This document shows positions 36,341 to 44,043 of a stretch of 64,000 nt of DNA, in pieces. The DNA is from an uncultured Akkermansia sp. (lineage in GTDB: Bacteria > Verrucomicrobiota > Verrucomicrobiia > Verrucomicrobiales > V1-33). The DNA lies in contig CAZFZN010000003.1 of assembly GCA_964523105.1 (NCBI GenBank), forward strand, positions 251,707-315,706, given 5' to 3'. Both the position numbers and the translations under genes were made by a program. Position 1 is the stretch's first letter. The number at the start of each line of letters is the position of its first letter. The notes below the pieces were generated by a model. It had not been told where the DNA came from. It saw nothing but the letters and a program-made list of their open reading frames with translations, and did not search any database.

Positions 36341-39300
36341 ATGAACCCCGAAGAGCAAATCTTCGAAGCCGCCACCGCCCTGCCGGCCGCGGACCGCCCG
36401 GCTTATCTCGACCAGGCCTGCGCCGGGCAGCCGGAACTGCGCGCCCGCATCGAGGCCCTGCTGCGGTCGCACGAGGTCACGGGCTTCATGGAACATCCCA
36501 CCGTCGTGCCGCCCGGCCCGCCCACCGAGCAGCCCGGCGATCTCATCGGACGCTACAAGCTGATGGAGAAGATCGGCGAGGGCGGGTTCGGCGTCGTCTG
36601 GGTGGCCGAACAGCAGGAGCCCGTGCGCCGGCGCGTCGCGCTCAAGATCATCAAGCCCGGCATGGACAGCCGCGAGGTCATCGCGCGCTTCGAACAGGAA
36701 CGTCAGGCGCTCGCCATGATGGACCATCCCAATATCGCCAAGGTCTTCGATGCCGGCGCCACCGACAAAGGCCGGCCGTTCTTCGTCATGGAACTCGTCC
36801 GCGGCGTCAGGATCACCGACTACTGCGATCAAGCCAGCCTCCCGACCGCGGAACGGCTCAGCCTCTTCATCAATGTCTGTCAGGCCGTGCAGCACGCGCA
36901 CCAGAAAGGCATCATCCACCGCGACCTTAAGCCGTCCAACATTCTCGTCACGCCCGGCGACGACGGTGAGCCCCATAGCAAGGCCGTCCCGGCCTTGAAT
37001 GAATGCAACAGGCCGGGACGGCCTGACTACGCTGCTCCGCCTGTCGTCAAAGTCATCGATTTCGGCGTCGCCAAAGCCATCCAGCAACAGCCGCTGACCG
37101 ATGGCACGGCCTATACGCAGTTCGAACAGATGATCGGCACCCCCGCCTACATGTCGCCGGAACAGGCTGGCCTTGGCCCGATGGACATTGATACCCGCAG
37201 CGACGTCTATTCCCTCGGCGTCCTGCTCTACGAACTGCTCACCGGCCGCCCGCCGTTCGATTCCAAAGAACTCCTCCGCGCCGGTATGGACGAAATGCGC
37301 CGCGTCATCCGCGAAGTCGAACCGCCCCGGCCCAGCACGCGCAGAACGCAAATGGCCGCGGCTTCAATCGCGGGACACCACCCTGCCAAATCTAAAATCC
37401 TAATTCCTAAATCTAAAATCCCCGCCGACCTCGACTGGATCGTGATGAAGGCCCTGGAGAAAGACCGCGCCCGCCGCTACGAAAGCGCCGCCGGCCTCGT
37501 CGCCGACCTCCGCCGGCACATGGAGAGCCTGCCCGTTCTCGCCCGCCCGCCCGGTCGCGCCTATTTGCTGTCGCGGTTCATCCGCAGGCACAAAATCGGA
37601 GTGGCGGCGGGCCTCGCAGTGTCGCTGTCTCTCTTCGCGGGCCTCGGCGCGGTTTTATGGGGAAAGAAGCAGGCGGAGGAGGAAGCCAAGAGGACAAGAC
37701 TTGCGAATGAGGCCAACGAACGAAACCTTCATCTCGCCAGCATGGCCGACTACGCCGCTGCGGTGAAGGCGCTGGACGAAGACCTCGAAGCCACGCGCAA
37801 AGGCCAGCGAGCCCTCGGATTCAAGGGCAAGTCCCGCTGGCACGAAGGCGTAGCGCTTCTCGTTCGCGCCCTGGAGCGTGAACCTGGAAATCGCCAAGCC
37901 GCGCTCGAACTTTACGATACGCTTCGCAGACGCCAAGGCGCCAAGCGGGACTGGGCACTTCATATTTTGAAACAAGAGGGGCCTGTGAGGACGGCGAGTT
38001 TCAGTCCGGATGGCACGAGGATATTCACGGTGAGTAACGAGGGAACCGCGCGCCTTTGGGACACTGACACCGGCCAGCCCATCGGCGAGCCGTTACCCAT
38101 CGGCAAACCGATGCCACAACATGGCAGAGTGAATGCCGACGGTTTCAGCCCGGATGGCACCAGAATAGTAACGGTAAGTGATGATGGCTCTGCGCGCCTT
38201 TGGGACGCGGCGACCGCTGAACCCGTAGGCGAACCGATGCGCCACAAGAACATAGTGGATCCTCCCAGATTCAGCTTTGACGGCTCCCGGCTAGTCACGA
38301 CAGAGCTTAATGATGAATTCGCGCGAGTGTGGAATTCGGCAGACGGCCGACTCGTTGGCGAGCCAATGAGGCATCCGGGCATCGTAGAAACCGCGAGTTT
38401 TAGCCCGGATGGAACTCTGATATTGACTACCTGCACGGATGGCACCGTGCGCCTTTGGGACGCGGAGAGCAGCAAACAAATCGGCCACCCGATGCGGCAC
38501 AGGGAGAGATTAAGTTCCGCAACATTCAGTCCGGATGGTTCCATAATCCTCAGTGTCGAGAGGTCGGGCAACGCTCGGATTTGGGAGGTAGCATCCGGAC
38601 GTGAGATCAGACAACTCACGCGACCGGATGGACTCTTACAGGAAACCAGAGCAACTTTTTCGCCAGATGGAACAAAGATTCTTGCCATCCACAAGCCGGA
38701 CTATGCGGGACCGACAAGGGGTGTGAGAACTACGGATGTAGCGCGGATTTGGGATGTGGCAACGGGCATTCAATTAGGCGCAGATATTCCTGAGATTTAT
38801 GGCAGGTGGGATGGGGGCGGGAGCTTCGAGTTCTGCCCTGATGGCACCATGGTCGTCACTGCGACGGGCGTTGACATGACGACCCGTGTATGGGACGCGG
38901 CAACTGGCGATCCCATAGGTCAGCCGATCCGCCATAACGACTCGCCTAACACAGCGCTATTCAGTGCAAACTTTAGTCCGGACGCTACGTTGATCGTGAC
39001 CGGCGGTGATTATGAGAATGCGCGGTTGTGGGAAGCGAGGAGCGGATGGCCTATTTCTTTGCCGCTGCGCCATGAAAATAGAGTGTGGGACATTATGTTT
39101 AGCCCGGATGGGACTAAGATTATCACCATCGGTGATGAAGTAAAGATATGGGAAGTGCCCTCGACCACGCGCGCGTGGGACGATGCATTCATAGAATATG
39201 GAGGATATGGTAGGATGGCTGACTGGGCGAGTGAGCGTGCATTCGCTCGTGCGATGACCCCAACCGAGTCAGCTGCCATTGTTCCCATTACACCGGCGAT

Positions 39301-39943
39301 CTTAGACTGGGCACGCAGTTTCTCAGGACTGAGTTTCGATGAGGAGGGACAACTTCATCTCATTTCCGATGTGGAGCGCCTTTCTTTTATGGCTGCGATC
39401 TCTTTGCCCGACGGCCCTTGGGCCGATCTCATCAAATGGATCAACATCCCATCCCGCCAACGCTCCATAGATCCTAAATTAAGTGTCACTTTCAGGCAAA
39501 TCGCCGAGCGCTATCGCGACAAGTATGGGACCGATGGTGCGGAGAATGGCAACCTATCGAACCTCGAACACTCGCTAGCATTGGATTCTACGGTGCCGCT
39601 CACTCGGCTCCTGCTCGCTGCGGCATTAGAGAAGCGAGATGGCGCTAAAAAAACTGGAAACCGGGATCCGCACATTCCCCAGCGCGCCGCCTTCCTGCGC
39701 CGTTATGATCTTGATGCGCTAGATCGGCAGAAGGGTAAATTGAAGGATGCGGAGTTGGCAGCGCTCTGGGCACGGGCAGCCGCGCATTTGTTCAAGCTGC
39801 CGCCGGAGACGAAGGTGGGAATCGGACCGAAGACCACCACGGCGCGCGAAGAAGCGGAGAAAGCGGCGCGGAAGGCCTTGGAGTTGGTGTCCGGTCTTCC
39901 GGAGGCGGAGGAAGTGCTCAAGAAAATAGAAGAGTCGAAATGA
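36341..39943 (+). CDS. Ser/Thr protein kinase - TM - WD40 repeat protein (1200 aa)
   Basis: ATG at 36341. The kinase motifs are GEGGFGVVW, VALKIIK, HRDLKPSN, DFGVAKA and GTPAYMSPE. A TM segment (IGVAAGLAVSLSLFAGLGAVLW) follows, then about nine SFSPDGT..(A/V)R(L/I)WD WD40-type repeats and a helical C-terminus. Confidence 0.9.
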   Translation: MNPEEQIFEAATALPAADRPAYLDQACAGQPELRARIEALLRSHEVTGFMEHPTVVPPGPPTEQPGDLIGRYKLMEKIGEGGFGVVWVAEQQEPVRRRVALKIIKPGMDSREVIARFEQERQALAMMDHPNIAKVFDAGATDKGRPFFVMELVRGVRITDYCDQASLPTAERLSLFINVCQAVQHAHQKGIIHRDLKPSNILVTPGDDGEPHSKAVPALNECNRPGRPDYAAPPVVKVIDFGVAKAIQQQPLTDGTAYTQFEQMIGTPAYMSPEQAGLGPMDIDTRSDVYSLGVLLYELLTGRPPFDSKELLRAGMDEMRRVIREVEPPRPSTRRTQMAAASIAGHHPAKSKILIPKSKIPADLDWIVMKALEKDRARRYESAAGLVADLRRHMESLPVLARPPGRAYLLSRFIRRHKIGVAAGLAVSLSLFAGLGAVLWGKKQAEEEAKRTRLANEANERNLHLASMADYAAAVKALDEDLEATRKGQRALGFKGKSRWHEGVALLVRALEREPGNRQAALELYDTLRRRQGAKRDWALHILKQEGPVRTASFSPDGTRIFTVSNEGTARLWDTDTGQPIGEPLPIGKPMPQHGRVNADGFSPDGTRIVTVSDDGSARLWDAATAEPVGEPMRHKNIVDPPRFSFDGSRLVTTELNDEFARVWNSADGRLVGEPMRHPGIVETASFSPDGTLILTTCTDGTVRLWDAESSKQIGHPMRHRERLSSATFSPDGSIILSVERSGNARIWEVASGREIRQLTRPDGLLQETRATFSPDGTKILAIHKPDYAGPTRGVRTTDVARIWDVATGIQLGADIPEIYGRWDGGGSFEFCPDGTMVVTATGVDMTTRVWDAATGDPIGQPIRHNDSPNTALFSANFSPDATLIVTGGDYENARLWEARSGWPISLPLRHENRVWDIMFSPDGTKIITIGDEVKIWEVPSTTRAWDDAFIEYGGYGRMADWASERAFARAMTPTESAAIVPITPAILDWARSFSGLSFDEEGQLHLISDVERLSFMAAISLPDGPWADLIKWINIPSRQRSIDPKLSVTFRQIAERYRDKYGTDGAENGNLSNLEHSLALDSTVPLTRLLLAAALEKRDGAKKTGNRDPHIPQRAAFLRRYDLDALDRQKGKLKDAELAALWARAAAHLFKLPPETKVGIGPKTTTAREEAEKAARKALELVSGLPEAEEVLKKIEESK
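36981..37024. repeat. perfect 15-bp inverted repeat (aggccgtcccggcct / aggccgggacggcct) with 14-nt spacer, inside the kinase CDS
   Basis: Read directly from the sequence. The arms are 36981-36995 and 37010-37024. A further tag/cta pairing at 36976-78 and 37027-29 extends the structure. Confidence 0.9.
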
Positions 39944-40349
39944 CGGCGGCCATCCATTCTGCGCATCGAAGTCATGTAGTCCGGATCCGTGAAGATGCCG
40001 GCTGATGAAACTGGGAGGGGAGCACAGGCGCCCCGCCTGTCGTGAGCGGCGCCCCCGCCGTTCACTTAAAGCCAACGGCGCAGCCGCACTTCTGAGACGG
40101 GACCTTTCCTGCGCACCTTTGAGTGTGCGGCTTTGCCGGGATGGTTTAAAGTTCCCCGCGGGGCGCGGGGAACGACAGGCGAGGGCACCTGTGCCCCCCG
40201 ATTTCCTCTCACCTGGCGACTTGAATGATTCGCACCGCCGGTCCCTAACGCCTCCGATACTTCCTGCGCTGCTGCCGGAGTTGCGCGAGGCGGCGGTAAT
40301 TCACCCGCTGCCCCGTTGCATTGCCCGGCGGCGCGGTAGCCTCGCGGGC

Positions 40350-40955
40350 ATGATTACCTTTCTCCGCGGACGCCTTGTGACCAGTTTGCCGGACCGCGCC
40401 TGTCTCGATGTGGGCGGGGTGGGCTATGAGGTTTGGGTGCCGCTGAGCACTTATGACCGGCTGGGGGAAACGGGGCGCGAGGTCACGGTGCTGACGCACT
40501 TTCATGTGCGCGAGGACCAGCAGGCGCTCTACGGATTCGCCACCGACGAGGAGCGCGATCTTTTCCGGCTGCTCATCAATCGTGTCACTGGCGTGGGGCC
40601 GAAGATGGGTCTCGCGATTCTCAGCGGTATGAGCGTGCGCGATTTCAAACGCCACGTGGTTCAGGGCGACATCGCGGCGCTCTCGAAGATCAGCGGTGTG
40701 GGGAAAAAGACGGCGGAGCGGATCATTCTCGAGTTGAAGGACAAGGTCGGCGTCACCGAAGCCTGGAAGGACAGCGGGCCGGCGGTCCTGACGCCGCAGC
40801 AGGCGGTGGCGAACGACGTGGTGCTGGCGCTGATCAATCTCGGCTATCGTCAGGCCGAAGCGCAGAAGGCGGTGAAGCGAGTGCTCGACGACGGCGCGGC
40901 GCCGGAGCAGGGTACGCTGGTCCGCGCGGCGCTGCGGCTGCTGAGTCAGGCGTGA
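40350..40955 (+). CDS. ruvA: Holliday junction branch migration protein RuvA
   Basis: I moved the start to ATG 40350 (MITFLRGRL...). The motifs are GVGYEV.VPLST, LYGF....ER.LF..LI.V.GVGPK.AL.ILS and ISGVGKKTAERIILELKDK. Confidence 0.9.
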   Translation: MITFLRGRLVTSLPDRACLDVGGVGYEVWVPLSTYDRLGETGREVTVLTHFHVREDQQALYGFATDEERDLFRLLINRVTGVGPKMGLAILSGMSVRDFKRHVVQGDIAALSKISGVGKKTAERIILELKDKVGVTEAWKDSGPAVLTPQQAVANDVVLALINLGYRQAEAQKAVKRVLDDGAAPEQGTLVRAALRLLSQA

Positions 40956-40984
40956 GTCGGGGACGCTTTGCGTTCTGTAGATTC

Positions 40985-41022
40985 GGTAGGGACGTGCTGT
41001 GCACGTCCGATTATTGTGGGGG
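40985..41022. repeat. REP-like palindromic element, copy 1 (ggtaGGGACGTGCtgtGCACGTCCgattattgtggggg)
   Basis: The 8-bp stem is 40990-40997 / 41001-41008 with a 3-nt loop. It lies in the convergent intergenic region between ruvA and the sulfatase. Confidence 0.7.
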
Positions 41023-41092
41023 TGGAGAACACCGGGGGCACAAAGTGTGGCGCTGGTTCGGGAACGGCTCCGCACCTCCTCCGCCCACGGAA

Positions 41093-41132
41093 GAGTGGGA
41101 CGTGCGCAGCACGTCCCTACCATTATTATGGG
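41093..41132. repeat. REP-like palindromic element, copy 2 (gagtGGGACGTGCgcaGCACGTCCCtaccattattatggg)
   Basis: The 9-bp stem is 41097-41105 / 41109-41117 with a 3-nt loop. It has the same ATTATT(G/A)TGGG tail as copy 1. Confidence 0.7.
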
Positions 41133-41141
41133 CCGGGCAAA

Positions 41142-42470
41142 TCACTTCTTCGCCGGTCCCATGCCGGTGGGGTCGCTGCGCGGGGCGATGGCGGCTTTGG
41201 GGAACTCCTCCAGCTTCGCGGTCAGTTCCTTGAGTTTCTCCGGTTCCTTGTCGGCGAGGTTGGTCTGCTCGCCGGGATCCGCGGCGAGGTTGAACAGTTC
41301 GGTATTCGCTTCACCACCGCCGTTTCTTCTCCCGCCGGCGTAGTGGCGCACCAGTTTCCAGTCGCCGAGCCGGAGCGCGCTGGAGACCGGGTCGTGATGA
41401 ATGAGAATGGCGGCGTGCGGAGATTTGGCGCCGCTGGTGAGGACGGGAAGAATGTCGCGTCCGTCGAGCGGGCGCTTCTGGTGTTCGGCGTCGAGAGGAA
41501 TGCCGGCGAGTCCGGCCACGGTGGGGAACCAGTCAACGGCGTGCAGCGGCTCGCTGATCTTCGAGCCGGGCTTGATGCGGTCCTGCCATGACACGCAGGC
41601 AGCGACGCGGTGACCGCCTTCGTAGGGCGTGCCCTTCTTTCCGCGCAGGGTGCCGTTCTTCGCAGGACCGACGCCGCCGTTGTCGCTGCTGAAAACGATG
41701 AGCGTATTCTTGCGCCGCCCGCTTTCGTCGAGCGCCGCCAGGATTTGGCCGATGGCGGTGTCCATTTCACTGAGCATGGTGGCATACTGTCGTCGGCCCT
41801 TGGGCATGTCCGCGAAATCATTCTCCCGCCCCGGCGCGACATGATAGGGCGAATGCACGGCATTGAACGGCACGTAGAGGAAGAGCGGTTTGTCCTCCGG
41901 CTGCTCCTTCAGAATGCGGCAGGCTTCTTTGGCGAGCAGATGTGTAGCGTAGCCTTCGTCCTTGCTGGGCTGGTCATTGCGGTACCAGTCGAGCTTGCCG
42001 TCGCGCAGGTGGGTGGTGTAATTGAGCGCGCCGAAGAAGTGGCCGTATTGCATGTCGAATCCGCGCCGCGTCGGCAGGTAAGCGGGATCGAACTCACCGA
42101 GGTGCCACTTGCCGGTGATGGCGGTGGTGTAGCCGGCTTCGCGCAGGGCCAGGGAAAGCGTGCGCTCCGCCAGGGGCAGCCCGTATTTCTCGCCGGGCCG
42201 GATCACGCCCTGCTGCAGGCCATAACGGATCGGATAGCGACCGGTGAGCAGCGCGGCGCGTGTCGGTGAGCAGACGTGCTGCACGTAGTAGCTGGTGAGC
42301 ACGGCGCCGCTGGCTGCGAGTTTGTCGAGATGGGGTGTGGGAATGTCCTTGCCGCCATTGAAGCCGGTGTCCGCGTAGCCGAGATCGTCGGCGAGGATGT
42401 AGAGGAAGTCGGGCTTTTCCGCGGCGGACGTTAAACCGCAAAGAAGCAGGAGAGCGCAGAGGATTTTCAT
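41142..42470 (-). CDS. arylsulfatase (formylglycine-dependent sulfatase family)
   Basis: I moved the start to ATG 42470 (MKILCALLLLCGLTSAAE, a signal peptide). The motifs are DDLGYAD, CSPTRAALLTGR (the FGly motif) and GKWHLG. Confidence 0.9.
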   Translation of the reverse strand: MKILCALLLLCGLTSAAEKPDFLYILADDLGYADTGFNGGKDIPTPHLDKLAASGAVLTSYYVQHVCSPTRAALLTGRYPIRYGLQQGVIRPGEKYGLPLAERTLSLALREAGYTTAITGKWHLGEFDPAYLPTRRGFDMQYGHFFGALNYTTHLRDGKLDWYRNDQPSKDEGYATHLLAKEACRILKEQPEDKPLFLYVPFNAVHSPYHVAPGRENDFADMPKGRRQYATMLSEMDTAIGQILAALDESGRRKNTLIVFSSDNGGVGPAKNGTLRGKKGTPYEGGHRVAACVSWQDRIKPGSKISEPLHAVDWFPTVAGLAGIPLDAEHQKRPLDGRDILPVLTSGAKSPHAAILIHHDPVSSALRLGDWKLVRHYAGGRRNGGGEANTELFNLAADPGEQTNLADKEPEKLKELTAKLEEFPKAAIAPRSDPTGMGPAKK

Positions 42471-42550
42471 GGATAGGGAATGCAGAAAAATCCAGTGTGT
42501 CGTCCACCCGACTGAGTGGGAACTGCGTAATCGCGGGTCAGCGGCTGCGC

Positions 42551-43609
42551 TCACGGCTCGAACAGCAGCACATCGTCCACGAGCAGTTCGGAGCCTTTGG
42601 GAATTGTGAAGCGCAGTTCGTCTGCAAAGGCGCCTTTCGTTCCGGCGGTGAAGTCCAGGCAAGACTCGACCCATTCGTTCGGTTTCGGCGTCAACGGTTC
42701 TGCATTCCAGACTGTGCCGGTGCTGCTGTTCGCCAGCGTGACGTTCACCGGTCCGTCACCGGTGAGCTTGCAGCGGAAGCGCAGGCGATTCGTCGCACTG
42801 AGCGGACGCAGGCCGCGCATTTGCACGCGAATCCACGGCGCGCCGTCCGCCGCATTGAGAACGGACTTTGCGCAGTCCCATGTCAGCGGTTTCACATGCG
42901 GCACGATGGTGAAATCACCCGGCCATTCCTTGCCCTGCTCTCCGGTATCGAACCAGCCTGTGAAGATGACGCGGCGCGGGAGTGGCTTCTTTTCGTCCGC
43001 CGGCGCGGCTTCGTAGAGCACAATGTCGTCAATGAGCAGATCCGCCTCCGGCGTGATGTAGAACTGGATGTCATCAATGCGCTCATCCGCCGCGAGCGGA
43101 CCGCCGGTGCCGTCGGGCCGGCGCAGTTGCCTCATGTCAAGGTCCGTGTGCTCCCACTTTCCCTGCGGCAAATTGGTGAGGTAATGCCGGCGGTGATAGC
43201 CGTTGGTCAGACTGTAGATCTGGACGCGCAGGGTGTCGGTGCCGGTGAGGCGGTAGCGGAAACTGAGTCGCGTGTGCGCCCCCATCGGCGGTCCGGGCAC
43301 TGGATTGAAGATGACTGCTTTCCATGTCTTTGACGGATCGCCCTGCTTGTCATCGAAGTCTTTCGTCTCCGCAGCCCGGCAGGCGCGGCTGTTGGCCACT
43401 GACATTGACAGCGCCGGAGCCAGTTCCTTCGCTACCGTCACCGGCGCCCCGCGCAGCCACCAGCGCTTCTCGATTTCCGTTTCGTAGTCCTCGAAGACGT
43501 GCACCCGCAGCGGAAGCAGCGGGGGTTCTGCGGCAGGCGCCGGCGGGGGCAGCGCCGGAAGAATTGTCAGGAATAACGCGGCTCTCACCCCGGGAGTAAA
43601 AGTCTGCAT
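42551..43609 (-). CDS. secreted hypothetical protein made of two tandem paralogous beta-sandwich-like (CBM/galactose-binding-like) halves
   Basis: A signal peptide is present. The two halves align: RLSFRYRLTGTDTLRVQIYS...IDDIQFYITPEADLLIDDIVLYE with RLRFRCKLTGDGPVNVTLAN...ADELRFTIPKGSELLVDDVLLFE. Confidence 0.6.
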   Translation of the reverse strand: MQTFTPGVRAALFLTILPALPPPAPAAEPPLLPLRVHVFEDYETEIEKRWWLRGAPVTVAKELAPALSMSVANSRACRAAETKDFDDKQGDPSKTWKAVIFNPVPGPPMGAHTRLSFRYRLTGTDTLRVQIYSLTNGYHRRHYLTNLPQGKWEHTDLDMRQLRRPDGTGGPLAADERIDDIQFYITPEADLLIDDIVLYEAAPADEKKPLPRRVIFTGWFDTGEQGKEWPGDFTIVPHVKPLTWDCAKSVLNAADGAPWIRVQMRGLRPLSATNRLRFRCKLTGDGPVNVTLANSSTGTVWNAEPLTPKPNEWVESCLDFTAGTKGAFADELRFTIPKGSELLVDDVLLFEP

Positions 43610-43755
43610 CCGGCGGCGTCAATTCCGCGGGAACGGCCGCCTACGCTGCGGTCCTCCCCCTGCCGTCCCGCCCCGTGAATACGGCAGCGGCGGCCTGCTG
43701 ACAAACTGCTGACAGCGGTGCTTCATGGCTGGCTACGCCTCCCGACCACACCGCC

Positions 43756-44016
43756 ATGAATGCTGCACCTCCGACGCCGGGGAAACTGCCCGCCCTTCTC
43801 TGCCTGTTCATCGCCCTGCTGGCCCGCCCGCTGGCGGCGGCGGAGGACAGCGTGGTGCGCGGCGCGGACGAGTTGTTCTGGGTCCCGACGCTGGAGCAGG
43901 CGCTGGAAGTGAGCCAAGCCACCGGCCGGCCGATCTTCCTCATGGGCTATTCGCTGGTGCCTGACGGAAGCACCTACACCGGGCTCCAGGAGGACTACTG
44001 CCGCGGAGTTTACTGA
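43756..44016 (+). CDS. secreted DUF255/thioredoxin-like protein, N-terminal part, ending at an in-frame TGA
   Basis: The signal peptide is LPALLCLFIALLARPLAAAE. WVPTLEQALEVSQATGRPIFLMGYS resembles the ..A...A..e.KPIFLSIGYS N-terminus of DUF255 thioredoxin-like domains. The TGA at 44014-44016 is in frame with 44044..44829. Confidence 0.7.
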   Translation: MNAAPPTPGKLPALLCLFIALLARPLAAAEDSVVRGADELFWVPTLEQALEVSQATGRPIFLMGYSLVPDGSTYTGLQEDYCRGVY

Positions 44017-44042
44017 CCCGGCTTCCGGTTCGAGGAGAGCCG
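44014..44042 (+). promoter_or_regulatory. candidate recoding site: in-frame TGA plus downstream bulged hairpin with GGU-containing loop (possible bacterial SECIS; unproven)
   Basis: TGA is at 44014-44016. The hairpin spans 44019-44042 with pairs C19-G42, G20-C41, G21-C40, C22-G39, U23-A38, U24.G37, (A36 bulged), C25-G35 and C26-G34. The loop is GGUUCGA. The GGU falls at +14 to +16, which is closer to the UGA than in E. coli fdhF. Confidence 0.3.
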
Positions 44043-44043
44043 T

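Noticed and set aside
31541-44016. Idea that TGA is globally reassigned as a sense codon in this organism
   Set aside because: Many well-supported genes in the window terminate at TGA exactly where homologs end (for example 466-468, 1508-1510, 39941-39943 and 40953-40955). Any TGA decoding would have to be site-specific (Sec-type), not a genetic-code change.
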